64,000 nucleotides of DNA from an uncultured Bacteriovoracaceae bacterium (GCA_964012805.1 CAXGUD010000008.1:32001-96000); one strand, 5' to 3'. Positions 18,514 through 27,977 are shown, numbered from the stretch's first letter. Numbers and translations: made by a program. The notes: generated from the sequence alone by a model not told the origin.

Positions 18514-20010
18514 TCAAGGACCTAAGCATCCGGGAGGCATTTCAGCAGCTTTGCTATTAGGGAAATACTTAACTTTTATAACAGAATTGTTCGAGTATAC
18601 TACATTCCTTCCTAATTTAAGAAAGTAACCAAGAAATTTGTCTCCCTTTAGTCTATAGGTCGGCCAGTCATCGGGTGAATCTATTTGAATTTCTTGTTCG
18701 TGCGGGCCTGAATCACATCTTTCATTCGTAACTTTACCCTTACAAACTACCTCCCAGCCATTAGGATCATTTTTAGACCGAGGAACTGTTTTTCCATCAA
18801 TTTCTAGATAGAGGTTTTTTAAATAGGGTTTAAATTGAAGTCGGACAAACCCAAAAAGGTTTTTAGGTGATTGAGTTTGAACAATTAGGTAGTCTGGGTA
18901 AAGGACTTTTGCATCACTAAAAAGTTGAATGAAGTGATTGTTTTCAATATTTTGCTCTGTTGGTGGCTCTCCAATATTTAAAACATCCTTTTTTCCAATG
19001 TACTTAAAGCCATTTAGATTACTTTCTTGAATTTCAATTATTTTATTACTTCTCGTGTCGACTTTTTTTACGTCAATTTTTGTTGGATCTAATTCAAAAG
19101 AGGAAGGGGCAATCGGCCAAAACTGATATATATGGTCATCGATGTTAATTGTTTCGTTTATTGTGGCAATAGATCTAATGATTTGACTGTCTTCACATGC
19201 ATTAAAGCTATCCGGATAAGGATCAGTGGTAGATATGCCATGTTTAGGTGAATTGTCCTTAAAATAGTTAAATATGATTTTTGAAAGTTCAATGTAGCGA
19301 CTAGATTTTTTAGTAGTTGGAATAAAACATTTATCTTTATGAGGAACTATAGAAATAAATCTAAACTGTCGCTTATTTCCCATCTCATTTTTTATATTAA
19401 TCATAGTAGTAGCAACATTATTAACAAGTTGACTTGTGTTTGTGTCCTCACCAGTTGAAATTAGAACAATAATAGTGTGAGCATCTTTTCTTAAAAATCC
19501 ATTGTCTTTATTTTGATTAAGAAGTTCAATTGATCTTTCAAAACCTCTTTCTTTAGATCCAAGTTTCTTAGGGAAACTGGATATGGATGAATTTATATTT
19601 TCTTTAAGAATAAGTTTACTTTTTATCGAGTTATCAAGTCCTGAATTATTATCGGCTACATAGTATCCATTATCGATATTTTCATCACCAATTTTTAATA
19701 GGGGAGCAAATAACATATGAACGTCAAATGTATCAGAAATTTTGTTAACGCTTTCATTTACTTTTTTCATAAGTAAATTATTCGTGTAATTTGACATACT
19801 TGTAGAGTTATCCCAAATGAAAATAAAGTCAACTTTTGGCCCTACAATCGAAAATTTAGTCTGAATTTTATTTTCAAGATAGTACTGATGATCACATGCA
19901 GATTCAATTTTTGCTATAGTTGGGGACGAAAATTGTTGTTCGTTACCACACGAAATAATAATTAAATTGATAATAATTATTATGGATATTTTATATATAT
20001 TTTTTCTCAT
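18514..20010 (-). CDS. vWA/MIDAS-domain lipoprotein
   Basis: Lipobox IIS-C; VDFIFIWDNSTSM (DxSxS); FLRKDAHTIIVLIS. Confidence 0.75.
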   Translation of the reverse strand: MRKNIYKISIIIIINLIIISCGNEQQFSSPTIAKIESACDHQYYLENKIQTKFSIVGPKVDFIFIWDNSTSMSNYTNNLLMKKVNESVNKISDTFDVHMLFAPLLKIGDENIDNGYYVADNNSGLDNSIKSKLILKENINSSISSFPKKLGSKERGFERSIELLNQNKDNGFLRKDAHTIIVLISTGEDTNTSQLVNNVATTMINIKNEMGNKRQFRFISIVPHKDKCFIPTTKKSSRYIELSKIIFNYFKDNSPKHGISTTDPYPDSFNACEDSQIIRSIATINETINIDDHIYQFWPIAPSSFELDPTKIDVKKVDTRSNKIIEIQESNLNGFKYIGKKDVLNIGEPPTEQNIENNHFIQLFSDAKVLYPDYLIVQTQSPKNLFGFVRLQFKPYLKNLYLEIDGKTVPRSKNDPNGWEVVCKGKVTNERCDSGPHEQEIQIDSPDDWPTYRLKGDKFLGYFLKLGRNVVYSNNSVIKVKYFPNSKAAEMPPGCLGP

Positions 20011-20040
20011 GAAGTTCTCATTGAAATAAGGTTGGTTTAA

Positions 20041-20068
20041 TTATCGGTCGAACAATTTAGTTATTTTA
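20041..20068 (-). promoter_or_regulatory. Sigma28 (FliA)-like promoter for the vWA lipoprotein
   Basis: Minus strand TAAAA-N15-ACCGATAA, 30 nt upstream of ATG. Confidence 0.6.
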
Positions 20069-20171
20069 ATTGAAAAGAAAAAATTACCACTTGATCAATA
20101 ATTTTTCTCGTTTTAGTTAACCATATAAAATATATGAGGAAGAAAAATTTAAATTGAATAGAGGATAAAAT

Positions 20172-20948
20172 ATGTCAGTTGATTGGTATTACGTCGAAGG
20201 CGAAAAAAGAGTCGGTCCGATTAAGGAAGAGCAATTAATAATAAAGATTAAAGAAGGTGATTTAGGCGAAGATAACTTTGTATGGAAAAAAGGATTTGAT
20301 AATTGGAAGAAATTGAAAGACGTAAGTGAACTTTCAAATATTGTTGATGAAACTTCAGAAATACCAAAAATTGTTAAGTCGAGTAATAAAAGGGATATCG
20401 ATTGGGACACAATCAAAGAAAATGAAAAAGTTTTTCTAATAAAAATTGGTATTGATAGGGGGGGGCAAGACGTTGAGTATGGTCCCTACTCATTAAATAT
20501 TTTAAAAAAAGCAGCATCAGAAGGAAGAATTAACGGTAAAACACTCCTTTTTGTTAGCGGTATGAATAGTTGGGAGTTCATCTCAGATCTTCCAATATAT
20601 GATGATATTTTTGACGATCAAAAAGAGGATTTATCTGGAGATGATAGAAGAAAAAATAAGAGGAAGCCTTTTGTTGCAAGAATGTTCTATCATAACGATT
20701 CAATAGTATATGAGGGGGTTTGTAGAGATATCTCTGTTGGAGGTCTTCAAGTACTGGTAGATGGTTTTCCAGGAAAAATAGGGGATGAGATATCTTTAAA
20801 TGTTCATCCAGAAAATACTGATCATAGTTTTGTTGCAGGAGGAAAAATTGTAAGAATTCTTGATGGAGATCAGGGCTTCTCTTTAAGATTTATAGGTTTA
20901 TCTGATGAAGCTAAAGATTCAATAGAGGCATATCTGGAAAAAAGTTAA
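20172..20948 (+). CDS. Tandem GYF_2 plus PilZ domain protein
   Basis: WYYV...VGP...FVWKKGFDNW and a second YGP...GMNSW; PilZ RRKNKR and DISVGG. Confidence 0.88.
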   Translation: MSVDWYYVEGEKRVGPIKEEQLIIKIKEGDLGEDNFVWKKGFDNWKKLKDVSELSNIVDETSEIPKIVKSSNKRDIDWDTIKENEKVFLIKIGIDRGGQDVEYGPYSLNILKKAASEGRINGKTLLFVSGMNSWEFISDLPIYDDIFDDQKEDLSGDDRRKNKRKPFVARMFYHNDSIVYEGVCRDISVGGLQVLVDGFPGKIGDEISLNVHPENTDHSFVAGGKIVRILDGDQGFSLRFIGLSDEAKDSIEAYLEKS

Positions 20949-20951
20949 GTA

Positions 20952-21893
20952 ATGATTTATGAAAAAATAATTAAGAAAGAGAGAAGAAAAGTAGTTTGGG
21001 ATGGTCATTTTAAATCATCTGATGGCCTAGATACTATATTTTTCAAAAGAATAAGTTTCAAAAAGAAAACTAGCAACCTAAATGGTAAAGATTCAAAAAA
21101 TAAAAAACACTTAAATATTTTTTTTGTTCACGATATTTTGGAACATCATGGAAGATACCTTGATTTAGGTAATCAATTAGTTGATCTCTTCAAAGAGAAT
21201 GTTTCTATTTGTTTGATAGATCTAAAAGGACATGGTCTAAGCACGGGAACAAGGCATTATATACAAGATTTTCGTGAATATTCATTAGATTTAGCTATCT
21301 TGATAAGATATTTTAAAATAATAAATGAAGGAAAGGATAATAAGTTTATTCTAGCTGGGCAGGGCATGGGAGCTTTGGTATGTTTAGAAACTTATTTAAA
21401 TAATAGGAGTAATGTTGATGGACTTATAATATCAAACCCTATTTTAAAAACGTTTATTCCATGGTTGAAAAACATAAAATTTTTAATCAATAAGTTTAAA
21501 TGGCCTTTATCAGTACTTAAAGTTCCTTTTTACTTTAATGGATTTGATTTGATTAAGGAAAAAAATAGTGCAGAAAACTTTAATTCAGATCCTCTCATAG
21601 GGCATACTGCGACGGTAGGTTTAATAGTAGGGATTTTAGAGTCTATAAAGTTTATTAAAGAAAAATCATTTTTGATTAATATTCCGGTTTTGATGATGAT
21701 AAGTAAGGATAGTCTTATTTCGGACCATAAAATGTCAACTTCCTTTGTGAAGACAATTGATGAGAAATATGTAAGGTTTTTGGCTTATGAAAGAATGAAA
21801 CATGACATATTGAATTTTTATATAACAAAAAATGTCTTTAATAATCTAACGAACTGGATATCAGATGAGTTTCTAGAAGGAGATTTGAAATAA
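20952..21893 (+). CDS. Lysophospholipase-like alpha/beta hydrolase homologue lacking the catalytic Ser
   Basis: HDILEHHGRY, DLKGHGLS, elbow GQGMG, DPL, HDI. Confidence 0.85.
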   Translation: MIYEKIIKKERRKVVWDGHFKSSDGLDTIFFKRISFKKKTSNLNGKDSKNKKHLNIFFVHDILEHHGRYLDLGNQLVDLFKENVSICLIDLKGHGLSTGTRHYIQDFREYSLDLAILIRYFKIINEGKDNKFILAGQGMGALVCLETYLNNRSNVDGLIISNPILKTFIPWLKNIKFLINKFKWPLSVLKVPFYFNGFDLIKEKNSAENFNSDPLIGHTATVGLIVGILESIKFIKEKSFLINIPVLMMISKDSLISDHKMSTSFVKTIDEKYVRFLAYERMKHDILNFYITKNVFNNLTNWISDEFLEGDLK

Positions 21894-22411
21894 AATTAAT
21901 ATCAATCTTTATTTTAATATTTTTTTTGAATGGTTGTAGCTCTTTTTCTAAAAATATGTTCAAGGAAGGTGAATTCAATTTAAAGGGAGGACGCTTTTTA
22001 AAAAAGAAATGGGAAGATAGGATCATTTTTAAAAGATATTCATGGTACAAAGATTTAAGTTTAAATCTAGATATCCTTTTAGGAGAGATAAAAAAAGATA
22101 GTAATTTCTACACATGGGTATCGCCAAGTAATGAAGAAAAATTAAAAAGTTGCGAAAGATTATTTGTATCTCTAGTTTACTATCCAACTAAACATAAAGA
22201 TTTTTATAAATTAATTTCAAAAAAATTAGATAAAAAAGGTTTAGTTGAGGTCAAAATGACAAGAGTGGCTGAAAACTTAAAAATGCATCCGGATTTGGAT
22301 CAATTTTTTCATCACAATTATATCAATAGGTTCTTTTGCTCAGAATTTAAAAAGAATATAGAGTTTAATCTTCAATTGCCTGGTTTTAAAAACATTCAAA
22401 TTAAAATTTAA
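21890..22411 (+). CDS. Lipoprotein with probable ATA start
   Basis: In-frame IKLISIFILIFFLNG-C lipoprotein signal upstream of the listed TTG; AAGGAGA RBS 6 nt before ATA 21890. Confidence 0.65.
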   Translation: MKLISIFILIFFLNGCSSFSKNMFKEGEFNLKGGRFLKKKWEDRIIFKRYSWYKDLSLNLDILLGEIKKDSNFYTWVSPSNEEKLKSCERLFVSLVYYPTKHKDFYKLISKKLDKKGLVEVKMTRVAENLKMHPDLDQFFHHNYINRFFCSEFKKNIEFNLQLPGFKNIQIKI

Positions 22412-22462
22412 AAAATAATTTTTTTTTACAAAATTATCATCGAAAAATAGCCCTAGTAATTT

Positions 22463-22490
22463 TAAAGGTTAATTATTTTCTTGCCGAAGT
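22463..22490 (+). promoter_or_regulatory. Sigma28 (FliA)-like promoter for the Ser/Thr kinase
   Basis: TAAAG-N15-GCCGAAGT, 22 nt upstream of ATG. Confidence 0.55.
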
Positions 22491-22512
22491 GAATAAGTAG
22501 GGAATTATTTAT

Positions 22513-24474
22513 ATGTCTGAAAAAAAAGAAAAGCATGAAAGATTTGGTAGGTATTTAATACTTGATCATCTAGTCGATGGTGGAATGGCCAAGATTTGTC
22601 GTGCAAGATTTTTAGGAGAACAAGCTGATAAAATCGTTGCAATAAAAATGGTGCAACCTCAGTTTTCTCAAGATGAATCTTTTAAAACGATGTTTCTAGA
22701 TGAGCTAAAGGTTACTTTCAGCCTTATCCATCCAAATATAGTGCAAACTTACGATTATGGAATATATAAAAATCAGCTTTTTGTTGCAATGGAATATTGC
22801 GATGGAAGAAACCTAAAAGAATACCTTGATAAACTTAAGGAAAATAAGTTCGTTTTTCCTGTAGAGATATCTATCTACATTATAACTCAAGTTTGTCAGG
22901 CTCTTCATTACGCCCATACTCTGACTGATAAGCTTACTGGTAAAAAGGCAAATATCATTCACAGAGATATTTCTCCTCACAATATAATGCTTACTTTTGA
23001 TGGGGCAGTAAAGGTAATTGATTTTGGTATAGCAAAAGCTGAAACGAATTCTGAGTCGACTCAAGCAGGAACAATAAAAGGGAAAATATCTTATTTAGCT
23101 CCTGAGTATTTGGAAGGTTTTGATTTAGACCCTAGATATGATGAATTTGCAGTAGGCATTACTCTATGGGAAATGCTTTGTAATAGAAAATTATTTAAAG
23201 CAAAAAATGAATTAGCTATTTTGAAAAAAATACAAGAATGTAATATACCGAAACCATCTTCAATTAATCCGAGAGTTACTAAGGAATTAGATGAGATTGT
23301 GTTAAAATGTTTGTCAAAAGATAGAAATCAAAGGTTTGAAAATTTAGATAAATTAAATAGAACATTAATTAAATACCTATATTCTTATTTTCCTGATTTT
23401 AACTCATCTGATTTATCTTATTTTTCTCAAGAATTATTTAAAGCAGAAATTAAAGACGATAGATCTAAAATGTATGAATTCGGAAGTATTGATCTAAGAC
23501 CTTATTTAGATGATTTAAAAAATGAAAAAGATGGAGTTAGTTCAAAAGAAGGAATTGATGAAGGACCTAAGTTAAAAAAAGAACAAGTTCTTGACTTTGG
23601 ATTTCAACAGGAAAATACGAATAAGATTTCTCTTAAGAAAAAACGAAATAATATATCAATTTTAGGAGAAGAAGAAAATTCAGAATCCTTGAAAGGTGGA
23701 GAAGAAAAAAAGAAAAAAAATTTGGAAAGAACTAATAAGATACATATTCCAAAAAAAACCACGTCTAAAAAGAAATTAAGGAAGAAGAAAAAAAGGGGGA
23801 CATCAACTAAAAGAAAAAACCATTTAAGAAAAAAGAAAAATAAGAAATTGATTCTTATTTTTTCTTTATTGATTGTTTCACTAATAATAATTTTTACAAT
23901 CAATCGATCAAATGAAAATCCTAAAATAACCGGTAATATATCTAAAAAAAACAAAGATCCTATTAAAACAAAGCCGGAAAATGAAAGCAATAAAAATATT
24001 GTAGATGGTCAAGTAACTTTTAAAAACTTTGATTCGACTCAACAAAAAGTTTTTTTGAATGGAAAAGAAGTTAAAGTTGATGTCTTTGGATCCTTTAAAA
24101 TCCCTCTTTTAAAAGAAAATATTATTAGAGTTGAAGAAATAGACCTCGCTAATTTCGTTACATTAGTAAAATTGTCGAAAGAAAAACCTCAAATTGAACT
24201 AGAAATACCAAAGATGCCTGAAGTTAGTTATGGTTACTTAGTGACTTATCAGGATTGTTTAGAAGGGAAAATATTTTTTGAAATTTTTAAGGAAAAGAGA
24301 GAGGAAACCTTGCCAATTGATCCACAGATGGGGATTGCATTTCCTATGGATGGAGAATTAACTCCAACAAAATATAAAGTTAAGTACAAAAAAAAGGGGG
24401 AGAAAATATTAAGGAACGTGGAGTTTACGTTTAAAGTAGAAGATGATGTAGTAGACTTATGTAATATTATTTAA
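22513..24474 (+). CDS. Membrane-anchored Hanks-type Ser/Thr protein kinase
   Basis: GGMA, VAIK, HRDISPHN, DFG, YLAPE; basic linker, one TM helix, extracytoplasmic domain. Confidence 0.95.
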   Translation: MSEKKEKHERFGRYLILDHLVDGGMAKICRARFLGEQADKIVAIKMVQPQFSQDESFKTMFLDELKVTFSLIHPNIVQTYDYGIYKNQLFVAMEYCDGRNLKEYLDKLKENKFVFPVEISIYIITQVCQALHYAHTLTDKLTGKKANIIHRDISPHNIMLTFDGAVKVIDFGIAKAETNSESTQAGTIKGKISYLAPEYLEGFDLDPRYDEFAVGITLWEMLCNRKLFKAKNELAILKKIQECNIPKPSSINPRVTKELDEIVLKCLSKDRNQRFENLDKLNRTLIKYLYSYFPDFNSSDLSYFSQELFKAEIKDDRSKMYEFGSIDLRPYLDDLKNEKDGVSSKEGIDEGPKLKKEQVLDFGFQQENTNKISLKKKRNNISILGEEENSESLKGGEEKKKKNLERTNKIHIPKKTTSKKKLRKKKKRGTSTKRKNHLRKKKNKKLILIFSLLIVSLIIIFTINRSNENPKITGNISKKNKDPIKTKPENESNKNIVDGQVTFKNFDSTQQKVFLNGKEVKVDVFGSFKIPLLKENIIRVEEIDLANFVTLVKLSKEKPQIELEIPKMPEVSYGYLVTYQDCLEGKIFFEIFKEKREETLPIDPQMGIAFPMDGELTPTKYKVKYKKKGEKILRNVEFTFKVEDDVVDLCNII

Positions 24475-25730
24475 TTTAATAAAATCGACAATTCTTGAAC
24501 CATTAGAACCCCATTAACCAAAACCATAATTAAAATTATTAAATATGAAAAAAAGTTAAATATTTTAGAGTTCGCATATTCCCCCATTAATTCTTTATCA
24601 TTACATAATTTTAAAATAAAGATCAAAACGATTGGAATTAATATACCATTTATAATTTGAGACCAAATAAGAACTTTAAAAAGGTTAATTTGTGGAAATA
24701 AAATAAAGAGCGCACTAAAAAATACTAAGGTTGTGAAAATAATAAAGAAATTAGGGGCTTCTTTAAAAGACTTGTCAACACCGGATTCCCAACCCATTCC
24801 TTCACATACATAATAACTAGTTGCTAATGGTAAAAGAGCAGCAGCAAATATAGAGGCATTAAAGAGACCAATTCCAAAAAGAATAGAGGAATGAGGTCCA
24901 GCGAATGGTTTCAGTGCGATGGCTGCATCCTTCGCATCCTTAATAGAGACACCGTTTCTATGAAGAGTAGCAGCACAGCAGATAATAATAAAAAGTGTTA
25001 CAATGGACATTAAACAGCATCCAGCAATAACATCAATTTTAGAATGGATTAAGTTTTTTACGGTTATACCCTTTTCGACAACAGCAGCCTGGATGTAAAA
25101 CTGCATCCATGGAGTAATTGATGTCCCAATAAGGCCAACAATAAGAGGAATATCAGTCGACTTTAGAGAATTGATATTTGGCATGATAAGAGATTTAGCA
25201 ACTTCCTCCCAGGGAGGAGATATAATAAAACCAGATACGATATAAGATAGATAAACACTGCATCCAATTAGAAAAACTCTTTCAACTATTTTGTAATCAC
25301 CTTTAAGAACCAATAACCAAACAAAAAAGGAGCTTATAGGTACAGAAATAAACTTAGATATACCAAAAATTTCTCCAGCTGATGCAATTCCTGCAAACTC
25401 AGCCATAGTATTTCCTAAATCAGCTATTATAAGGAGTAAAAGTAAATAAAAGGTTGTTTTTAAACCAAATCGCTCCCTTATTAAGTCAGCTAATCCTTTT
25501 CCTGTAACAATTCCCATCCTTGCAGACATTTCTTGAACCATAATAAGAGCTATCGTAATAGGAATAAGAACCCAGATAAGTCTTAACCCAGATTCGGCTC
25601 CCACGAGTGAGTATATGGCAATTCCGCCCGCATCGTTATCAATATTTGCTGTAATTAAACCTGGCCCTATGATACTAAATAGGAGAAAAATTTTGGGAAT
25701 TAAAGAAGATGGCTTCTTTTGACTTTTAAT
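24471..25730 (-). CDS. Nramp-family divalent cation transporter (NrmT-like, likely Mg2+); probable ATT start
   Basis: GPGLITANIDNDAGG lies in frame upstream of the listed GTG; QEMSARMGIVTGKGL..LIRERFG; GTSITPW. Confidence 0.85.
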   Translation of the reverse strand: MKSQKKPSSLIPKIFLLFSIIGPGLITANIDNDAGGIAIYSLVGAESGLRLIWVLIPITIALIMVQEMSARMGIVTGKGLADLIRERFGLKTTFYLLLLLIIADLGNTMAEFAGIASAGEIFGISKFISVPISSFFVWLLVLKGDYKIVERVFLIGCSVYLSYIVSGFIISPPWEEVAKSLIMPNINSLKSTDIPLIVGLIGTSITPWMQFYIQAAVVEKGITVKNLIHSKIDVIAGCCLMSIVTLFIIICCAATLHRNGVSIKDAKDAAIALKPFAGPHSSILFGIGLFNASIFAAALLPLATSYYVCEGMGWESGVDKSFKEAPNFFIIFTTLVFFSALFILFPQINLFKVLIWSQIINGILIPIVLIFILKLCNDKELMGEYANSKIFNFFSYLIILIMVLVNGVLMVQELSILLN

Positions 25731-25752
25731 AAAATATCCTTTTTTTCAACTT

Positions 25753-27081
25753 TTAGTTGAGTAACCAAGGTAAAACATCATCAACAGTCACAAGGCCAAG
25801 TAAATGACCTTTATCATTTGTAATTGGAACATTATTCATATTATATTTACTCATATGTTGAGCAATTTCTTTCCAGTGAGTTTGAGGACGAAAAGTCATA
25901 GATCCATCTTTCTTCTTCATAAAAGTTGAAATTTTATCATTATCACTTTGGGTTAATAAGTGTTTTAGAGTACAAGTACCAAGTAACGATTTTTTTTCAT
26001 CAATAATAAAAATGTCGTAAATGGTATCGTATTCTTCATGATCTTTTTTTATTTTTTCTATGATTTGGTATTTTGTATTTTGAGGTGATACTGTAAACAT
26101 TTCTGTTGTCATTAAGCCGCCAGCTACATTAGGTTTATATTCAAGTAGCTCGTTTATATCGACTTGGAACTCATTATCATCTAAATTTGAAATAATTTCA
26201 TCTGCTTTTTCTTCTTCTAATTCTTTTAAAATATCAACTGCTTCATCTGTTCCCAAGTTTTCAATTATTTCGGCGACCTTTTTTGGAGGTTTTTCTTTAA
26301 TAAGTTGTGCCTTAAAATCAGGTTCAATTTCAGATAGTGTCTCTGCGGCTAAATGGTCACCAAGGTTGTTAAAAATCTCATTTCTTCCAAAAGAATCTAA
26401 GTCTTCTAGAATGTCTGCAAGGTCAGCGGGATGTATTTCGTTAAGTTGATCATTGCTTAAGTTTAGCTTAACATTTTGTTGTACATTTTTATTTGGAATT
26501 GTGTGAACGAACTTCCAGTTAATTAATGCTTCCTCATTAAGGTAGTTAGCCTTTTTATTAAAAAATTTAATGATAGAGTCAATAAAGGGCTCAAACCCAA
26601 GCCGTCTTATAATGCTCCTCAGCCCTACGGCAACATTCGTAACTCTAAGAAAAGGTCCAGATTTAATAAACTGAATATCATTAACTCGGACAACCTTTTT
26701 TCCACTAGTGTCTACAATCTGTTTATCCAGTATTACTTTACCTAAGCTTGGATAGTCTTGCCTGTCTTTTTGATAAGACTCTTTTAATATATTGGTTTTT
26801 TGATCCTTTAATTTTCTGCAAAGTACTCCATCATTAAGTTTAGTTGATTTTTTGACTATAACTTCTTTTGTAGAAAAGCTTTTTATATCCTTCCAGTAGA
26901 TTGAAAAAAAATTTTTTCTTTTTTTTACCTGTATTGCAAAAATTTCCGGGTAAGATTCTTCAAAATCGACATAAACGTCATTTAAGACACCGAGTCTTTT
27001 TCCTTGGTTGTCAAATATTGGTGTCCCTATTGTAGTAGAGAAATCAACCGTAACTTGAGGTAATTTTTGAAAGATACTCAT
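25753..27081 (-). CDS. Soluble MgtE-type regulatory protein (PRC-barrel-like, MgtE_N, CBS pair) with no membrane domain
   Basis: LDKQIVDTSGKKVVRVNDI, HPADLADILEDL, AGGLMT, LLGLVTVDDV; no TM segments. Confidence 0.88.
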   Translation of the reverse strand: MSIFQKLPQVTVDFSTTIGTPIFDNQGKRLGVLNDVYVDFEESYPEIFAIQVKKRKNFFSIYWKDIKSFSTKEVIVKKSTKLNDGVLCRKLKDQKTNILKESYQKDRQDYPSLGKVILDKQIVDTSGKKVVRVNDIQFIKSGPFLRVTNVAVGLRSIIRRLGFEPFIDSIIKFFNKKANYLNEEALINWKFVHTIPNKNVQQNVKLNLSNDQLNEIHPADLADILEDLDSFGRNEIFNNLGDHLAAETLSEIEPDFKAQLIKEKPPKKVAEIIENLGTDEAVDILKELEEEKADEIISNLDDNEFQVDINELLEYKPNVAGGLMTTEMFTVSPQNTKYQIIEKIKKDHEEYDTIYDIFIIDEKKSLLGTCTLKHLLTQSDNDKISTFMKKKDGSMTFRPQTHWKEIAQHMSKYNMNNVPITNDKGHLLGLVTVDDVLPWLLN

Positions 27082-27091
27082 GTTATCTATT

Positions 27092-27943
27092 CTAATTTAA
27101 AAAAACATTTTTTTCTCTAAACTGTAAAATTTTTAAGATTTCCGAGGCTGTATCTTCAAGTGCCTTATTGGTAATATTAAATGTGACCCATTTTTTATTT
27201 CTTTTGTAGAGTTCATTTGCCCACTCAAGCTCTTTTATCACATTGGAATTATCCGCATATTCACCGTGAAAACCATTAGCTTTGAGTCGTTCTAGGCGCT
27301 TTTTCCTTATTTCCATTAAAGTTTCAGGGTTAATTGTAAGTGCAAAAATTTTTCTTTGATCAATTTCCTCAAGTTGTTTAGGTATCTTTGAGCCATAAAC
27401 TAAAGGAACATTTGCAACTTTTTTTCCTAACTGGGAAAGGAATACAGAAAGAGGTGTTTTCGAAGTTCTTGATATTCCAATTAATACGATGTCTGCAAGG
27501 TGAATAGTATTTAAGCACTTTCCGTCATCATGGTTTAAGGTATACTCCATTGCTTGGACACGTTTAAAATATTCATCATTTATTTCATAAAGGCTTCCTG
27601 GTTTTAAATCAGGTTCTTGGTCCAATATATTAGAAAAGGTTGTTAACGATGGACCTAAAAGATCAATGGTCCTGATGGTATAGGCCCTAGCTAGAAGGGA
27701 AATTTTTTCTCTAAGTTTTTGGTTTACAATAGTGTAGAGAATTAGATTATGATTTTTTGCGACTTGCTTAAAAATTGAATCAATTTGTTGGTCGGATCGA
27801 ATATTTTTAAACCTCGTATAGTAGGCATTTGTACTTTTAAATTGAGCCATAATGGCCCTGGAAACAGCAGAGGCCGTTTCCCCTGTCCCATCAGAGATAA
27901 TGACTATTTTTATCTTCTTCTTTGAGCTAACGGTATTTTGCAT
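27092..27943 (-). CDS. ppsR: PEP synthetase/PPDK regulatory kinase-pyrophosphorylase (DUF299)
   Basis: ISDGTGETA, HDDG, ADIVLIGISRTSKTPLS, ANVPL. Confidence 0.92.
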   Translation of the reverse strand: MQNTVSSKKKIKIVIISDGTGETASAVSRAIMAQFKSTNAYYTRFKNIRSDQQIDSIFKQVAKNHNLILYTIVNQKLREKISLLARAYTIRTIDLLGPSLTTFSNILDQEPDLKPGSLYEINDEYFKRVQAMEYTLNHDDGKCLNTIHLADIVLIGISRTSKTPLSVFLSQLGKKVANVPLVYGSKIPKQLEEIDQRKIFALTINPETLMEIRKKRLERLKANGFHGEYADNSNVIKELEWANELYKRNKKWVTFNITNKALEDTASEILKILQFREKNVFLN

Positions 27944-27977
27944 AAAGCCTCATGTGTTTTTAATGAGGTTACTTCTC

